A DNA stretch of 64,000 nt from Dehalococcoidia bacterium (GTDB lineage Bacteria > Chloroflexota > Dehalococcoidia > Lucifugimonadales > Lucifugimonadaceae), in assembly GCA_040264655.1 (NCBI GenBank), contig JBDQHW010000011.1, positions 5,506-69,505 of the forward strand, written 5' to 3'. Of this stretch, positions 26,722-37,017 are shown piece by piece. Numbering within the stretch: the stretch's first letter is position 1; each line of letters starts with the position of its first letter. The position numbers were made by a program, and so were the translations under genes. The notes below the pieces were generated by a model that was not told the DNA's origin, ran no database searches, and saw only the letters and a program-made list of their open reading frames with translations.

Positions 26722-28728
26722 TTGAGTAGATTCAGAGGCCTAGTCCTCGTAGCAATACTGGTTGTCACTTCGGTTGTTGTATTGGCAATATCTGAAGTTA
26801 GTGTCCTCGGGTTTACCCGTGGTGGAGATAGCCCACTTGGCTTGACCCTGGGACTTGACCTCGAAGGAGGAACGCACCTTGTGTACAGCGTTGTTCCTGA
26901 AGACGGCCGAGAGCCAACACGAGAAGACATGGAAGGTGTGCGCAATATCATCGACAAGCGCATCAACGAGTTTGGTGTGAGCGAAGCTAGCGTTCAACTA
27001 CTCGGTGGCGGAATCGATTCAGTTGCCGACAAGGTTCTCGTTCAGATACCTGGACAATCTGGTGCTGGGATCACTCTGAATTTTGGAGCAGACACTGTTT
27101 CGCCAGAGACGCTTGAAGCATTTTTCCACAACACGCTTGGACGTCCTGACGCTGAAGTTTCTCAAAACGACAACGGCTCGCTTGTAGTTCAGCTTGATGA
27201 GATCAAGGGTGAAGTTCTTGACGCAGCTGGAAATGTAGTTTCACCTAACGAAGCGGACGCATGGCGAGACGCAATTATTGCTGAGTACCCTGTAGCACTT
27301 CAGGTGGGATTCGTTCTACCGCAGGTTGACCCTCCCGTGATCGGCGATGATACTGCCGTAGACCCAGTACCGACCGAAGATGTTGAAACACTTCCAACAC
27401 TTGAAGAAGTCGAAGCAGCATTCGCATCGGTTGGCCGGAGAGACGCAGATGTAGACGCTGTTGAAGGTGCGGAAGGTCTGTTCTCAATCCTTATGTATGG
27501 ATTGGACATTTCTTCTACCGATGAAGACGGTAACCCGATCCAGAGCGAAGATCAGAGGATTCTGACTGCTCTGCGTGAAATCGGTGACATTCAGTTCACT
27601 TCAAGCCAGGGAACACTCACTCAGTGGACCCTCGGGGGTGGAGTACAGGAAGCCAAGAGCCTGATCCAGAACACAGCTCAGCTCGACTTCCGATACCGAG
27701 AGTGTGGAGACATCCTCGCCCCGTCAGACGACATTCCTTGGCCACCAGACGGATTGAGCCTGGACGAATGGTCAGTTGAACGATGTTCCAACCCTGCTTA
27801 CTTCTCAGAGTCAGCAACTGAAATCGATGCCGCTGATCTAGAAGACGCATTCCCGTCCTTGTCTCAGGGCGCAATCGCACGGCCTATCGTTACACTCGTC
27901 TTCAACGACGATGGCGCTGATGCATTCTTCAACGCTACTGACCGTGTAGCTCGACAGAACGACCGATTGGCTATCTACCTTGACGGTGTCGAGCTTGTGG
28001 CTCCTAGCGCTCAAGCTGGTATCACCGGTGGTCGAGCGATCATCGAAGGTGGTGACTTCACCACCGAGAGCACTCGAACCATTGCAATTCAGTTGCGATC
28101 TGGTGCACTACCGGTTGAACTTGAACTAATTCAGGAGCGAAATGTAGACGCTGTACTTGGTGAAGACTCTCTCAAGAAGAGTCTTATTGCCGGTGGAGTC
28201 GGACTCATTCTGCTTCTCATCTTCATGATCGCCTACTACAAGATCCCTGGTCTGGTAGCAGCGATTGCACTTGTTGCCTACACGATCATGTTGTTGGGCA
28301 TCTTCAAGATGATTCCTGTCACGCTGACTTTGTCAGGTGCGGCAGCTGTAATCCTGTCTCTCGGTTTCGCCGTCGACGCGAACGTCCTTATTGCTGAACG
28401 CACTAAGGAAGAGTTGCGATCAGGCAGAAGCCTACTGGCCGCAATTACAGCTGGATTTGATCGTGCATGGCCATCGATTAGAGATGGAAACATGTCGACA
28501 ATCATCGTAGCTATTGTTCTCTTCTGGTTCGGTGATCGATTCAGCACCAGCGTTATGCAGGGATTCGCCCTGACGCTCGCAATTGGTGTTCTATTGAGTA
28601 TGTTCACCGCATTCTTCGCCAGCCGACTATTGCTCCGCTTGCTCGCTTCGACAGGTCTCGGTGATAAGCCAAACTTGTTCGTACCGGTGAGAGATCAGAG
28701 CGAACCAGCGTCTGGAGGTAACTCCTAA
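26722..28728 (+). CDS. secD: Protein translocase subunit SecD
   Basis: 'LGLDLEGG', 'RINEFGVSE', 'LRSGALP', 'TLSG.A..ILSLGFAVDANVLI.ER.KEE', 'GFA.TL.IG'. Confidence 0.95.
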   Translation: MSRFRGLVLVAILVVTSVVVLAISEVSVLGFTRGGDSPLGLTLGLDLEGGTHLVYSVVPEDGREPTREDMEGVRNIIDKRINEFGVSEASVQLLGGGIDSVADKVLVQIPGQSGAGITLNFGADTVSPETLEAFFHNTLGRPDAEVSQNDNGSLVVQLDEIKGEVLDAAGNVVSPNEADAWRDAIIAEYPVALQVGFVLPQVDPPVIGDDTAVDPVPTEDVETLPTLEEVEAAFASVGRRDADVDAVEGAEGLFSILMYGLDISSTDEDGNPIQSEDQRILTALREIGDIQFTSSQGTLTQWTLGGGVQEAKSLIQNTAQLDFRYRECGDILAPSDDIPWPPDGLSLDEWSVERCSNPAYFSESATEIDAADLEDAFPSLSQGAIARPIVTLVFNDDGADAFFNATDRVARQNDRLAIYLDGVELVAPSAQAGITGGRAIIEGGDFTTESTRTIAIQLRSGALPVELELIQERNVDAVLGEDSLKKSLIAGGVGLILLLIFMIAYYKIPGLVAAIALVAYTIMLLGIFKMIPVTLTLSGAAAVILSLGFAVDANVLIAERTKEELRSGRSLLAAITAGFDRAWPSIRDGNMSTIIVAIVLFWFGDRFSTSVMQGFALTLAIGVLLSMFTAFFASRLLLRLLASTGLGDKPNLFVPVRDQSEPASGGNS

Positions 28729-29636
28729 TGGATATCGTCGCAAAGCGTCGGATTTTCTTGACCATCTCGGTCGTGCTTGCCGCACTCTCGGTGATCGTTC
28801 TCGGAACATCTGGCTTGAATCTCGGTATCGACTTCACGTCAGGTTCAACCATTACGTACCAGTTCGATAACGGCGACCCCGGTACCGAAACTGTTACAGA
28901 TGCACTTATTGCTTCTGGGCACCCTGAAGCGATCGTCCAGGCTCTTGGGGATGATCAGTACTTCATCAGGACCGACGATCTCGGTGTTGCTGGACTAGAT
29001 GATGTGAATGTTGAAGTTCTAAAGATTGATGACGGGGCGAGAGTTCTCGATACATCAACCGTTGGTGCTTCAGTGGCAGAAGACACTGTTTCGAACGCAA
29101 TTACCGCGGTTATTGTTGCCGCAATTTTCGTGATGCTGTACATCATGTACGCATTCCGATCTGTACCTAACTCGTACAAGTACGCGTTTGCTGCGGTTGT
29201 TGCTCTAGTACATGACGTTGTGATCGTGCTTGGTGCGTTCGCAGTTCTGGGAATAGCCATCAATGCTGAGGTCAATGCGATTTTTATCGTCGGTATCCTC
29301 ACTGTGATTGGTTACTCGGTCAACGACACAATTGTGATTTTCGACCGAATCCGTGAGAACGTAACGCTTGCACCAGCCCGTGATTTCCGAGCCACTGTGA
29401 ACCTATCGATCAACGAATCGGTTACTCGTTCATTGGGCACAAGTATCACTACGACCACAGTAATTCTCGCAATGCTGCTGTTCGGTGGAGCCTCGCTACG
29501 AGACTTCCTGATTGTGCTGTTCGCGGGTGTGATCATTGGAACCTACAGCTCGATCTTCGTTGCTGCTCAGGTTTTGGTTCTGTGGGAACGCCGAGCGTTT
29601 CTACCGTGGCGAAAAGCTGCTGCCACGAACTCGTAA
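28728..29636 (+). CDS. secF: Protein translocase subunit SecF
   Basis: 'GIDFTSG', 'ALVHDV', 'GYSVNDTIVIFDRIRE', 'GTYSSIFVA'. Overlaps the secD stop. Confidence 0.96.
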   Translation: MDIVAKRRIFLTISVVLAALSVIVLGTSGLNLGIDFTSGSTITYQFDNGDPGTETVTDALIASGHPEAIVQALGDDQYFIRTDDLGVAGLDDVNVEVLKIDDGARVLDTSTVGASVAEDTVSNAITAVIVAAIFVMLYIMYAFRSVPNSYKYAFAAVVALVHDVVIVLGAFAVLGIAINAEVNAIFIVGILTVIGYSVNDTIVIFDRIRENVTLAPARDFRATVNLSINESVTRSLGTSITTTTVILAMLLFGGASLRDFLIVLFAGVIIGTYSSIFVAAQVLVLWERRAFLPWRKAAATNS

Positions 29637-29743
29637 CAACTCCGTAGCTTAGAAGTCGCACCCTTCAGATTATTCGACTACCATGCGCCAGTCGGGCGTG
29701 GTAGCTGGGCGCGCTTGTGAATCGACTAAAGGAACGGTCTCGA

Positions 29744-30598
29744 ATGCTGATTGGTGCGCACGTATCCGCTGCAGGTGGATCCAACAAGGCAATTGCCCGG
29801 GCTGAAGAAATTGGAGCTGAGTGCTTCCAGATCTTCGCGTCGTCTCCGCGAATGTGGTCTGCAAAGCCGATTGCCGACACCGTAGCTGAGAAGTATGCGG
29901 CCGAAATGAAGCGTGCGATGATGGGGCCTACAGTGCTTCACGGGAAGTATCTAGTTGCACTAGGCACAGAAAACCCAGAGCTGCTCGCTAAGTCAGAAAC
30001 CGCACTTCAGGCCGATATTGCAGCTGCCAACAAACTCGATGCCTTAGGCGTGATATTCCACCCTGCCAGTCATCGTGGTCGCGGATTTGACGTGATCGTT
30101 GATCAGTTTGCGTCGTCGGTTCGAAAGATTCTCGACAACGAACCTGGCGACTCGCTTCTGATGCTCGAAACCAGTGCTGGTGCAGGCGACCACATCGGAT
30201 CGTCGTTCGCTGAACTCGGCACGCTGATCAGAGCGATTGGGAACGACCGAGTCGCAGTGTGTCTCGACACCCAGCACGTTTGGGCAGCGGGTTACAACAT
30301 TGCAGCAGCAGATACGCTGAATGCCGCTATGGAAGAGTTCGACAAAGAGATTGGGCTCGATCTACTTCGCTCTGTCCATGCTAATGACTCGATGCGGGAA
30401 CTTGGATCGTCGGTCGACCGGCATGAAAACATCGGTGACGGTCTGATCGGCACGGCTGGTTTCCAGACGCTGATGGCGCATCCTGCCTTCAAGCGAGTTC
30501 CGTTCTATCTCGAAGTTCCTGGCACAGGCAAGAGCGGCCCTGATAAGCCAAACATCGACCGACTGAAAGCAATTCGTTCGCAGGTCGGCGCCGGGTAG
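29744..30598 (+). CDS. nfo: Endonuclease IV (AP endonuclease)
   Basis: 'IGAHVS', 'FHP', 'LETSAG', 'CLDTQH', 'HANDS', 'DRHENIG.G.IG'. Confidence 0.93.
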   Translation: MLIGAHVSAAGGSNKAIARAEEIGAECFQIFASSPRMWSAKPIADTVAEKYAAEMKRAMMGPTVLHGKYLVALGTENPELLAKSETALQADIAAANKLDALGVIFHPASHRGRGFDVIVDQFASSVRKILDNEPGDSLLMLETSAGAGDHIGSSFAELGTLIRAIGNDRVAVCLDTQHVWAAGYNIAAADTLNAAMEEFDKEIGLDLLRSVHANDSMRELGSSVDRHENIGDGLIGTAGFQTLMAHPAFKRVPFYLEVPGTGKSGPDKPNIDRLKAIRSQVGAG

Positions 30599-30605
30599 TT
30601 TTTAA

Positions 30606-30977
30606 TTGCAGGTAAGCAGAGACATCTTCGAAGATCTTGTCCGTGACGCTATATCGACCCTGCCCGAAAAATTCCTCGCAAAAATGGACAACGTCAGCAT
30701 CATTGTTGCTGATCGTGCCTCCGCTCAACAAATGGCTGAGAACGGGCTAGGTCCTCGTGATGTTCTTTATGGTTTGTATCACGGAGTACCGCTGATCGAG
30801 CGCGGAAGTTACGTACCGCCACTGCCCGACGTTATTACGATTTTCCAGCAACCGATCGAAAACGCTTCGAGAAATATGGATGAGCTTGAGCAGCAAGTCT
30901 CCACTACGGTCAAACACGAAGTCGCTCACTACTTCGGATTTTCAGACCATGAACTGGATGAGATGGGGTTAGGCTGA
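30606..30977 (+). CDS. Zincin-like metallopeptidase (Zincin_1/DUF1025)
   Basis: 'LYGLYHGVPL..R', 'PD.ITIFQ.PI', 'HEVAHYFG'. Confidence 0.9.
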   Translation: MQVSRDIFEDLVRDAISTLPEKFLAKMDNVSIIVADRASAQQMAENGLGPRDVLYGLYHGVPLIERGSYVPPLPDVITIFQQPIENASRNMDELEQQVSTTVKHEVAHYFGFSDHELDEMGLG

Positions 30978-32386
30978 TGCCACGAATCGTCATTGCCGCC
31001 TTTGATGGATTGCAACCCTCTCAAGTGACTCCAATACTGATGCCTACGGTGAGCAAGCTCGCGGCCAACGGAGTCGAGTTCGCTCACAATCACGCTGTGT
31101 TTCCAACGGTGACACGTGCTAACTCGGCGAGTCTGGTCACCGGGGTTCTCCCTGGTAAACACGGTCTAACAGCGAATAAATCGATATTCCCTGATTACTC
31201 GAAGACTGAAGTCGTTGATGCTCTTGTTCCTATGCTTCCAGAAATAAACCGACATACCAATGGTGGCTTGCTGTTCGTACCGACTCTTGGAGAACTTATC
31301 AGCCAGCAAAACCTGAAATGGGTTTCGGTTGTAGGAGGGACGAGCGGGAATGCGTTCGTTCAACATCCGAACGCAGCAGACTACGGTGACGTGGTCATAC
31401 ATCCAGAGTTCACCAATCCTCCAGAGCACCACGATGTAATCCTCGAGAAGTTCGGTGCGTGGCCAGCAAAGGAAGCCCCTGCTGCTGAACTCGTGAAACG
31501 AACGGCTGAGGTCGCGATTGAGTACGCGCTTGGTGATTTAAATCCTGACGTCCTGATGGTGTGGTTTCCCGAGCCTGATACTTCGCAGCATGCCTTTGTT
31601 GTCGATAGCCCAGAGGCGAGAGAAATGTACTCGCTCGCCGATGCACAACTTGATCGAATACTGAAAACCATTGCTGTGAACGGCGATAACCCAGACTTGT
31701 TTGTTGTATCCGATCACGGCTACTCGACTATCGACGAAGTTGTTGACGTGCAGGCCGAGTTAGAACGAGCGGGATTCGCACCTGATCAAGATGATCGATC
31801 GGTGATCGTTGCCGAAAATGGCGGTTCAGTCCTTCTCTACACTCCATCAGCGAATGAGAAGTTGACTAACGATCTGCTTGATTGGCTGACTGTCCAAGAG
31901 TGGGTTGGCGCGATTGCAACCGATCTTCGAAATTCGTCATCACAAAATTTGGCCTCGATCAGAGACATCGGACTCAGCGGTCCTCGCTCTCCACATATCG
32001 TCGCGACAATGCGTTCATCGGCAACGAGCAGCCCAGCACCACTGGCCCGCTCTGGAGCTGCCTCGAGTGGGAGCGTTGGCGTCGGCTCGCATGGCGGCAG
32101 TAGCCCATCAGAGCTTCACAACACACTGATTGCTAGTGGTCCTTCGTTTGCCACTGGTATTCGGTCCGAAATTCCCAGTGGGAATATCGATGTAGTACCG
32201 ACAATATTGGCAATACTAGGTATTCAGAGTCCCGAATATATCGATGGACGGGTGCTTGTTGAAGCAATGCGCTCAAAAGACTCACTACATGAACCAGCGA
32301 GCATCGAGTTTCCATCTGATTCCTCTGCGTTATCAGTCACAAACGTGACTCAAGATGGAACCACGTATCTATGTGAGTTTGGCTAG
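30977..32386 (+). CDS. Alkaline phosphatase superfamily, nucleotide pyrophosphatase/phosphodiesterase-like
   Basis: 'FDGL', Thr nucleophile 'PTVTRAN', 'EPDTSQH', 'SDHG', 'GSHG', 'DVVPTI'. Confidence 0.85.
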   Translation: MPRIVIAAFDGLQPSQVTPILMPTVSKLAANGVEFAHNHAVFPTVTRANSASLVTGVLPGKHGLTANKSIFPDYSKTEVVDALVPMLPEINRHTNGGLLFVPTLGELISQQNLKWVSVVGGTSGNAFVQHPNAADYGDVVIHPEFTNPPEHHDVILEKFGAWPAKEAPAAELVKRTAEVAIEYALGDLNPDVLMVWFPEPDTSQHAFVVDSPEAREMYSLADAQLDRILKTIAVNGDNPDLFVVSDHGYSTIDEVVDVQAELERAGFAPDQDDRSVIVAENGGSVLLYTPSANEKLTNDLLDWLTVQEWVGAIATDLRNSSSQNLASIRDIGLSGPRSPHIVATMRSSATSSPAPLARSGAASSGSVGVGSHGGSSPSELHNTLIASGPSFATGIRSEIPSGNIDVVPTILAILGIQSPEYIDGRVLVEAMRSKDSLHEPASIEFPSDSSALSVTNVTQDGTTYLCEFG

Positions 32387-32494
32387 TCGTAGCCTCTACA
32401 GGGTTACGGGTTGACCCACACCGATTTCGTACCGATTGGTTTGTTTTTGGAGGGTCGACTATGAGAACGTAGTCAGACTGTTTCGACGAGCGCT

Positions 32495-35023
32495 ATGACC
32501 AACAACCCACTCGAAAATAAAGCCTCCAGCAAGAAGCAACCACGCGTTGAGTTGCGCATGTTGTCGTTCGACCTAGAGGAACGAGTAACAGTTGCGCGTC
32601 TTATGACCGATGCTGGTTACTCGGTTCGCAATGAATCGGCAGCAAATCTTGAACGGTTTGAACGACGAGTCGTCGACGACGCCTGGGATCTAATTTTCGT
32701 TGACGCCCGGCATCCGTTGGAGACCGTAGAGCAAGTGGTCAATCTCGCTGTTACCCATGCTCCGAAAGTCCCAATTTTCGGAATCACCACACTCGGTCAA
32801 CAAAATCAGGCCGAATTGATGGAGCTGGGAATCGTTGACCTATTCTTTGAAGAAGGCATGCGACGTATGCCTGCGAGCGTTATTCGGGAATTAGGCGCCA
32901 AGGCCGACCGAGAACTTGCCCGCGAAGCAGAACGACTGCAATCCGAAATCAAAATGGTTGGCGACGAGCGGGCTGTCCTGGCTGAAATCGGGAGGTTAGT
33001 CTCGTCATCACTCGACATTGGGCAGGTCTATCCAGAACTGATCGAACAGGTCAAAAGATTAATTCCGGTCGAATCCGCTGCTATTGCAGTTGCCGATGTT
33101 GAAACTGATTCTGTGACGTTTGAACACGTCACAGGAACCACCGTTCCTGGATTCGAACAAGGCTCGGTCATTCCGATGTCCAGCTTCACTGACGCTGATC
33201 AGCTGGCGCGGTTTGTACTGGTGCTCGACACGGATCTTCTGAACGAAATGAAGACAGAGTATCCAGGAATCGATGGACTGCTCGAAGCGGGTGTTCGTTC
33301 TGCAATGTCGGCGCCTCTAATTCATCGAGACGAAGTCGTCGGGCTACTCGCCGTCACTAGTATTGAAGAGAACGCATATGGCCCCGAACACGTTGAAGCC
33401 GTGGAGCAAGTCTGCGCACAGATTTCGGGTGCTCTTGCCAACTCAAGGTTGCATGCCCGAATAACTCGAATTGCCGGTATACGAGAGAAATTGGTTCGGA
33501 TCGGTCGAGACGCGAATGTGGCGAGGAATACAGAGGAACTTTATTCAAGTTTATTCCGTAATCTACGTAACCTTTTTCCCGTCGACCGAGGGGTGATAGC
33601 TCTCACTCGCGAGGATGGAAAGAGCCTGGTAATCGACAGCGTCGACGGTCAAGAAATTACAGAACTGCAACAGGGAACGGTGCTGGCTCTCGATGAGTTC
33701 TCTGACGCAGTCCTTTCTCAGGCATCGCTAAATACATCTGCGAATATTGATCAAAAGAAACCCAGCGATCCGACTGCCGGCGTCCTGGTCACCGCTGGTC
33801 TTCCATCGAACATTAGAACCCCACTTCGGGCTCTAGATGCCGTAATCGGAATAATTTCTGTTAGCAGTGCGGGTGATGAAGCATACGATTCAGGTGACTT
33901 GTCGTTATTGGAACGAGTTGCTGACCAAATTTCGCCGGTAGTCGAATCGCTGTATCTGCTCGATCAGGTCCGTTCATTGGCGGCAACTGTCGAGACGACT
34001 TTAGACCTTGTGGCGATATCAAATCTTGAGGGTATTGCGTCATACATCAATCCGGCCGGGATTGACATGCTCAACCTGGGAGAAGGTGCCTCAACCGTAG
34101 GCGTCGATTTGAAGGAATTCATTTCTGACGAAATCGTCGAAGTGATTCGGACTTCAGGTGTACGGCAAGCAGATGTTATGGGAGGGTGGCAGGCCGAAAT
34201 TTCCATAACTCCCCGTGACTCCGAAATATTGATTCCTGTCGAAATGCAGCTGGTCCCTGTTCGCAACACCGACAACGAGATGACTGCTGTAAATGTGTTC
34301 ATGCGTGACCTACGTGAACGTGAAGCCGTCCAAGTCGAACGTCGTGAGTTCGTATCGACAGTCTCGCACGAACTGCGTACTCCGCTTACAAGCATGAAGA
34401 TGTACACCGACATGCTGGGCGAAGGAGACGCTGGCGAGCTGAACGATCAACAACAGCGCCTGGTCAACAATATGAAATCGACCGTCGATAGACTCTCGAG
34501 AATGGTTGACGATCTGAACGTGGTTTCAATGTTGGAAGCTGGACGATTTAGCTTGCAATCCGACCACTTTGATATGGACGACCTACTACTGGCGGCCGTT
34601 GAAGTTGCCGAACCGAATCTCGATGAACGCAGCATGACAGTCCGCACGGTTCAGGCCAGCTCACCGGCAATCGTAGATGCCGACCGAGAGCGGATGCTTC
34701 AGGTTCTCATAAACCTTCTTAACAACTCAGCGAAGTATGCCGATGAGGAGACCGAGATCGTGGCCAGTGTGAGCATCGACGGGCACGAGGTCAAGGTTGA
34801 AGTTTCAGACAGGGGACCTGGCATAGAAGCCTCTGATCTCGAGGCAGTTTTTGAAAGCTTCTATCGCAGTAAGAGTGCGAGGGTATCGAAAACTTCCGGT
34901 TCGGGTCTTGGGCTTTCGATTGCCAAGGGATTTGTTGAAGCACAAGGCGGAAGAATCTGGGCTGAAAGCGTCGTTGGCGAGGGCAGTAAGTTCATCTTCA
35001 CGCTGCTGCTCGTTATCAGCTAA
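32495..35023 (+). CDS. Cytoplasmic sensor histidine kinase (degenerate REC-GAF-GAF-PAS-HisKA-HATPase)
   Basis: H-box 'SHELRTPLTS', N-box 'NLLNNSAKY', 'DRGPGI', 'GSGLGLSI'. Two GAF-like segments and a PAS ('YINPAG'). No TM helices seen. Confidence 0.92.
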   Translation: MTNNPLENKASSKKQPRVELRMLSFDLEERVTVARLMTDAGYSVRNESAANLERFERRVVDDAWDLIFVDARHPLETVEQVVNLAVTHAPKVPIFGITTLGQQNQAELMELGIVDLFFEEGMRRMPASVIRELGAKADRELAREAERLQSEIKMVGDERAVLAEIGRLVSSSLDIGQVYPELIEQVKRLIPVESAAIAVADVETDSVTFEHVTGTTVPGFEQGSVIPMSSFTDADQLARFVLVLDTDLLNEMKTEYPGIDGLLEAGVRSAMSAPLIHRDEVVGLLAVTSIEENAYGPEHVEAVEQVCAQISGALANSRLHARITRIAGIREKLVRIGRDANVARNTEELYSSLFRNLRNLFPVDRGVIALTREDGKSLVIDSVDGQEITELQQGTVLALDEFSDAVLSQASLNTSANIDQKKPSDPTAGVLVTAGLPSNIRTPLRALDAVIGIISVSSAGDEAYDSGDLSLLERVADQISPVVESLYLLDQVRSLAATVETTLDLVAISNLEGIASYINPAGIDMLNLGEGASTVGVDLKEFISDEIVEVIRTSGVRQADVMGGWQAEISITPRDSEILIPVEMQLVPVRNTDNEMTAVNVFMRDLREREAVQVERREFVSTVSHELRTPLTSMKMYTDMLGEGDAGELNDQQQRLVNNMKSTVDRLSRMVDDLNVVSMLEAGRFSLQSDHFDMDDLLLAAVEVAEPNLDERSMTVRTVQASSPAIVDADRERMLQVLINLLNNSAKYADEETEIVASVSIDGHEVKVEVSDRGPGIEASDLEAVFESFYRSKSARVSKTSGSGLGLSIAKGFVEAQGGRIWAESVVGEGSKFIFTLLLVIS

Positions 35024-35034
35024 CTCCGAGAAGC

Positions 35035-36885
35035 CTACCGAACGAATCGCGTATCACCAACTCGACGGGTGATGCCTTTTGAGTCCATGTGTTCAAGCAC
35101 TGCCAGAGTGTATTTCCGGCTCGTACCAAACATTTTACGCACGCTTGGAATCGTCACCTCTTGCCCATCGGCGCCTGACGAAACGATTTTGCTTTCCATC
35201 TCTTCGTAGGCGTCAGCAGGGTAGACGATGTCGCCTGCGATTCGAACAACATCCCCACGTTCTGCTAGATATTGCAAGATTTCGATATCGATCGGGCGCT
35301 CAGTAGATGGACTATAACGATCGAGCGCAATCAAACAGAGGTAATTTTCCGCTTCAGAATGTTGCGAATCTGAAAGTATTGGCGAGTGATTCGGGGTACG
35401 CACAGTCGCGTCTTGCGTTGCAATTATGCCCTCAGAATCAAGTGAGACAGAAACAGCAGCGAAAGGTGCTGTTTTGAGTTTAAGTTGCCCTCTGAAATCT
35501 TGAAGCGGCATTCCCTGTCGGAGTGGGTACGTGGCGTGGAATTTAGATAGTGTTTCAGTCGCAGTCTTGATAATTTCCGACCACCCACCGACTGAAATTA
35601 TATGGCCCGAATCATTGCCAAGCCGTTTCACTCTGCCTTCAGATTCGAGAACGATAAGCGCTTCGTTAACATCTTCTTGACTCGACCCGGTGGCTCCGGC
35701 AACTTGTGCACAAGTTGCCGGCTCGAGACCAACCAGACTGTTGAACGTCATATCCTCAGATGTTCCGCTCGCAATGGTCTCCAACTGTGAAATGGTTTCG
35801 GAGTCGTTGCGCTTTCTGCGAGGAGCGTTTGGTGCGAGTATTTTCCCGCCGCCCAAAGTATTTTCGGTGTCTCGAACGACGAAAGAGTCACCGCGGACCA
35901 CTGGGATCTTCTCTTGTGTTCGCACCTGAATCCATCCCGATGCTCCGGGCATGATTTGGTCGCCTTCAAGGACCCTCAAGGTCGCAGGCACTTCTCTAGT
36001 ACCTGCGAATAGCGTCACCCTGTGATTGTGCCGAACTGGTCTCGGGGCATCTGGAATAACTCTGAACGTGGCGTCGAAAGCCGTAGAGGTCTCAAGCCAA
36101 TTCATGCTCGTAACTAAATCACCACGCTGAATATCTGCGTGGTCAATCCCGTTCAGGTTGACCGCCAATCGAGTTCCAGGACCAACTTCATCAACTGACT
36201 CTTCGTGAACCTGAAGGCTGCGGATGCGAGCTTTCAAACCCGATGGCAGAATCTCGACTTCTTGCCCAACCGTAAGCGATCCGTCAGCCAATGTTCCCGT
36301 GACGACTGCACCGAATCCTGAGATCGTGAAAGATCGATCTACAGACAGTCTTGGGTTTCCAGTGCTCTGGTGCGCGGGAAGATCGGCAATAAGCTTGTCG
36401 AGAGTGGCTCTGAGTTCGTCGAGTCCATCACCGTTCTCGGCCGAGACAGAAACTACTTCTGCATGCTCGAGAGTTGTGCCTTCTAGTGATTCTTGGACAT
36501 CGAGGGTGACGAGGTCAAGCCAATCCTGGTCGACGAGGTCTTTCTTTGTCATAACCACGATACCGATCTCGATTCCGAGCAGATCGAGAATCGCAACGTG
36601 CTCACGAGTCTGAGGCATAACGCCTTCGTCGGCTGCAACGATCAGGAGAGCCACGTCGACTCCTCCAGTGCCCATCAGCATGTTTTTGATGAAGCGCTCG
36701 TGTCCGGGCACGTCAACAATGCTTATCTCTGCACCAGACGGCAGTTCCAGCCACGCGAATCCTAGCTCTATGGTCATACCGCGAGATTTCTCTTCGCTCA
36801 GTCGATCTGGATCAATCCCGGTCAACGCATGGATTAGCGTTGATTTACCGTGATCAACGTGGCCGGCTGTGCCTACAACAAACAA
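35035..36885 (-). CDS. selB: Selenocysteine-specific translation elongation factor
   Basis: 'GTAGHVDHGKS', 'DRL.EEK.RGMTIELGFA', 'DVPGHERF', C-terminal winged helix 'TSRKY...LEH.D..G.TRR.GD.R'. Confidence 0.95.
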   Translation of the reverse strand: MFVVGTAGHVDHGKSTLIHALTGIDPDRLSEEKSRGMTIELGFAWLELPSGAEISIVDVPGHERFIKNMLMGTGGVDVALLIVAADEGVMPQTREHVAILDLLGIEIGIVVMTKKDLVDQDWLDLVTLDVQESLEGTTLEHAEVVSVSAENGDGLDELRATLDKLIADLPAHQSTGNPRLSVDRSFTISGFGAVVTGTLADGSLTVGQEVEILPSGLKARIRSLQVHEESVDEVGPGTRLAVNLNGIDHADIQRGDLVTSMNWLETSTAFDATFRVIPDAPRPVRHNHRVTLFAGTREVPATLRVLEGDQIMPGASGWIQVRTQEKIPVVRGDSFVVRDTENTLGGGKILAPNAPRRKRNDSETISQLETIASGTSEDMTFNSLVGLEPATCAQVAGATGSSQEDVNEALIVLESEGRVKRLGNDSGHIISVGGWSEIIKTATETLSKFHATYPLRQGMPLQDFRGQLKLKTAPFAAVSVSLDSEGIIATQDATVRTPNHSPILSDSQHSEAENYLCLIALDRYSPSTERPIDIEILQYLAERGDVVRIAGDIVYPADAYEEMESKIVSSGADGQEVTIPSVRKMFGTSRKYTLAVLEHMDSKGITRRVGDTRFVR

Positions 36886-37017
36886 TTACGGGGTACCTTC
36901 GAATTAACTAGCTTGGGATGTGTTTCGTCGCTGGGCAGCGATTCTCCAGTTGGTTTCCAGATTTTAGATGCGAACAAGACGAAACGGTTGCTCCGTGCGG
37001 ACCTCTCGCGTCTCAAA

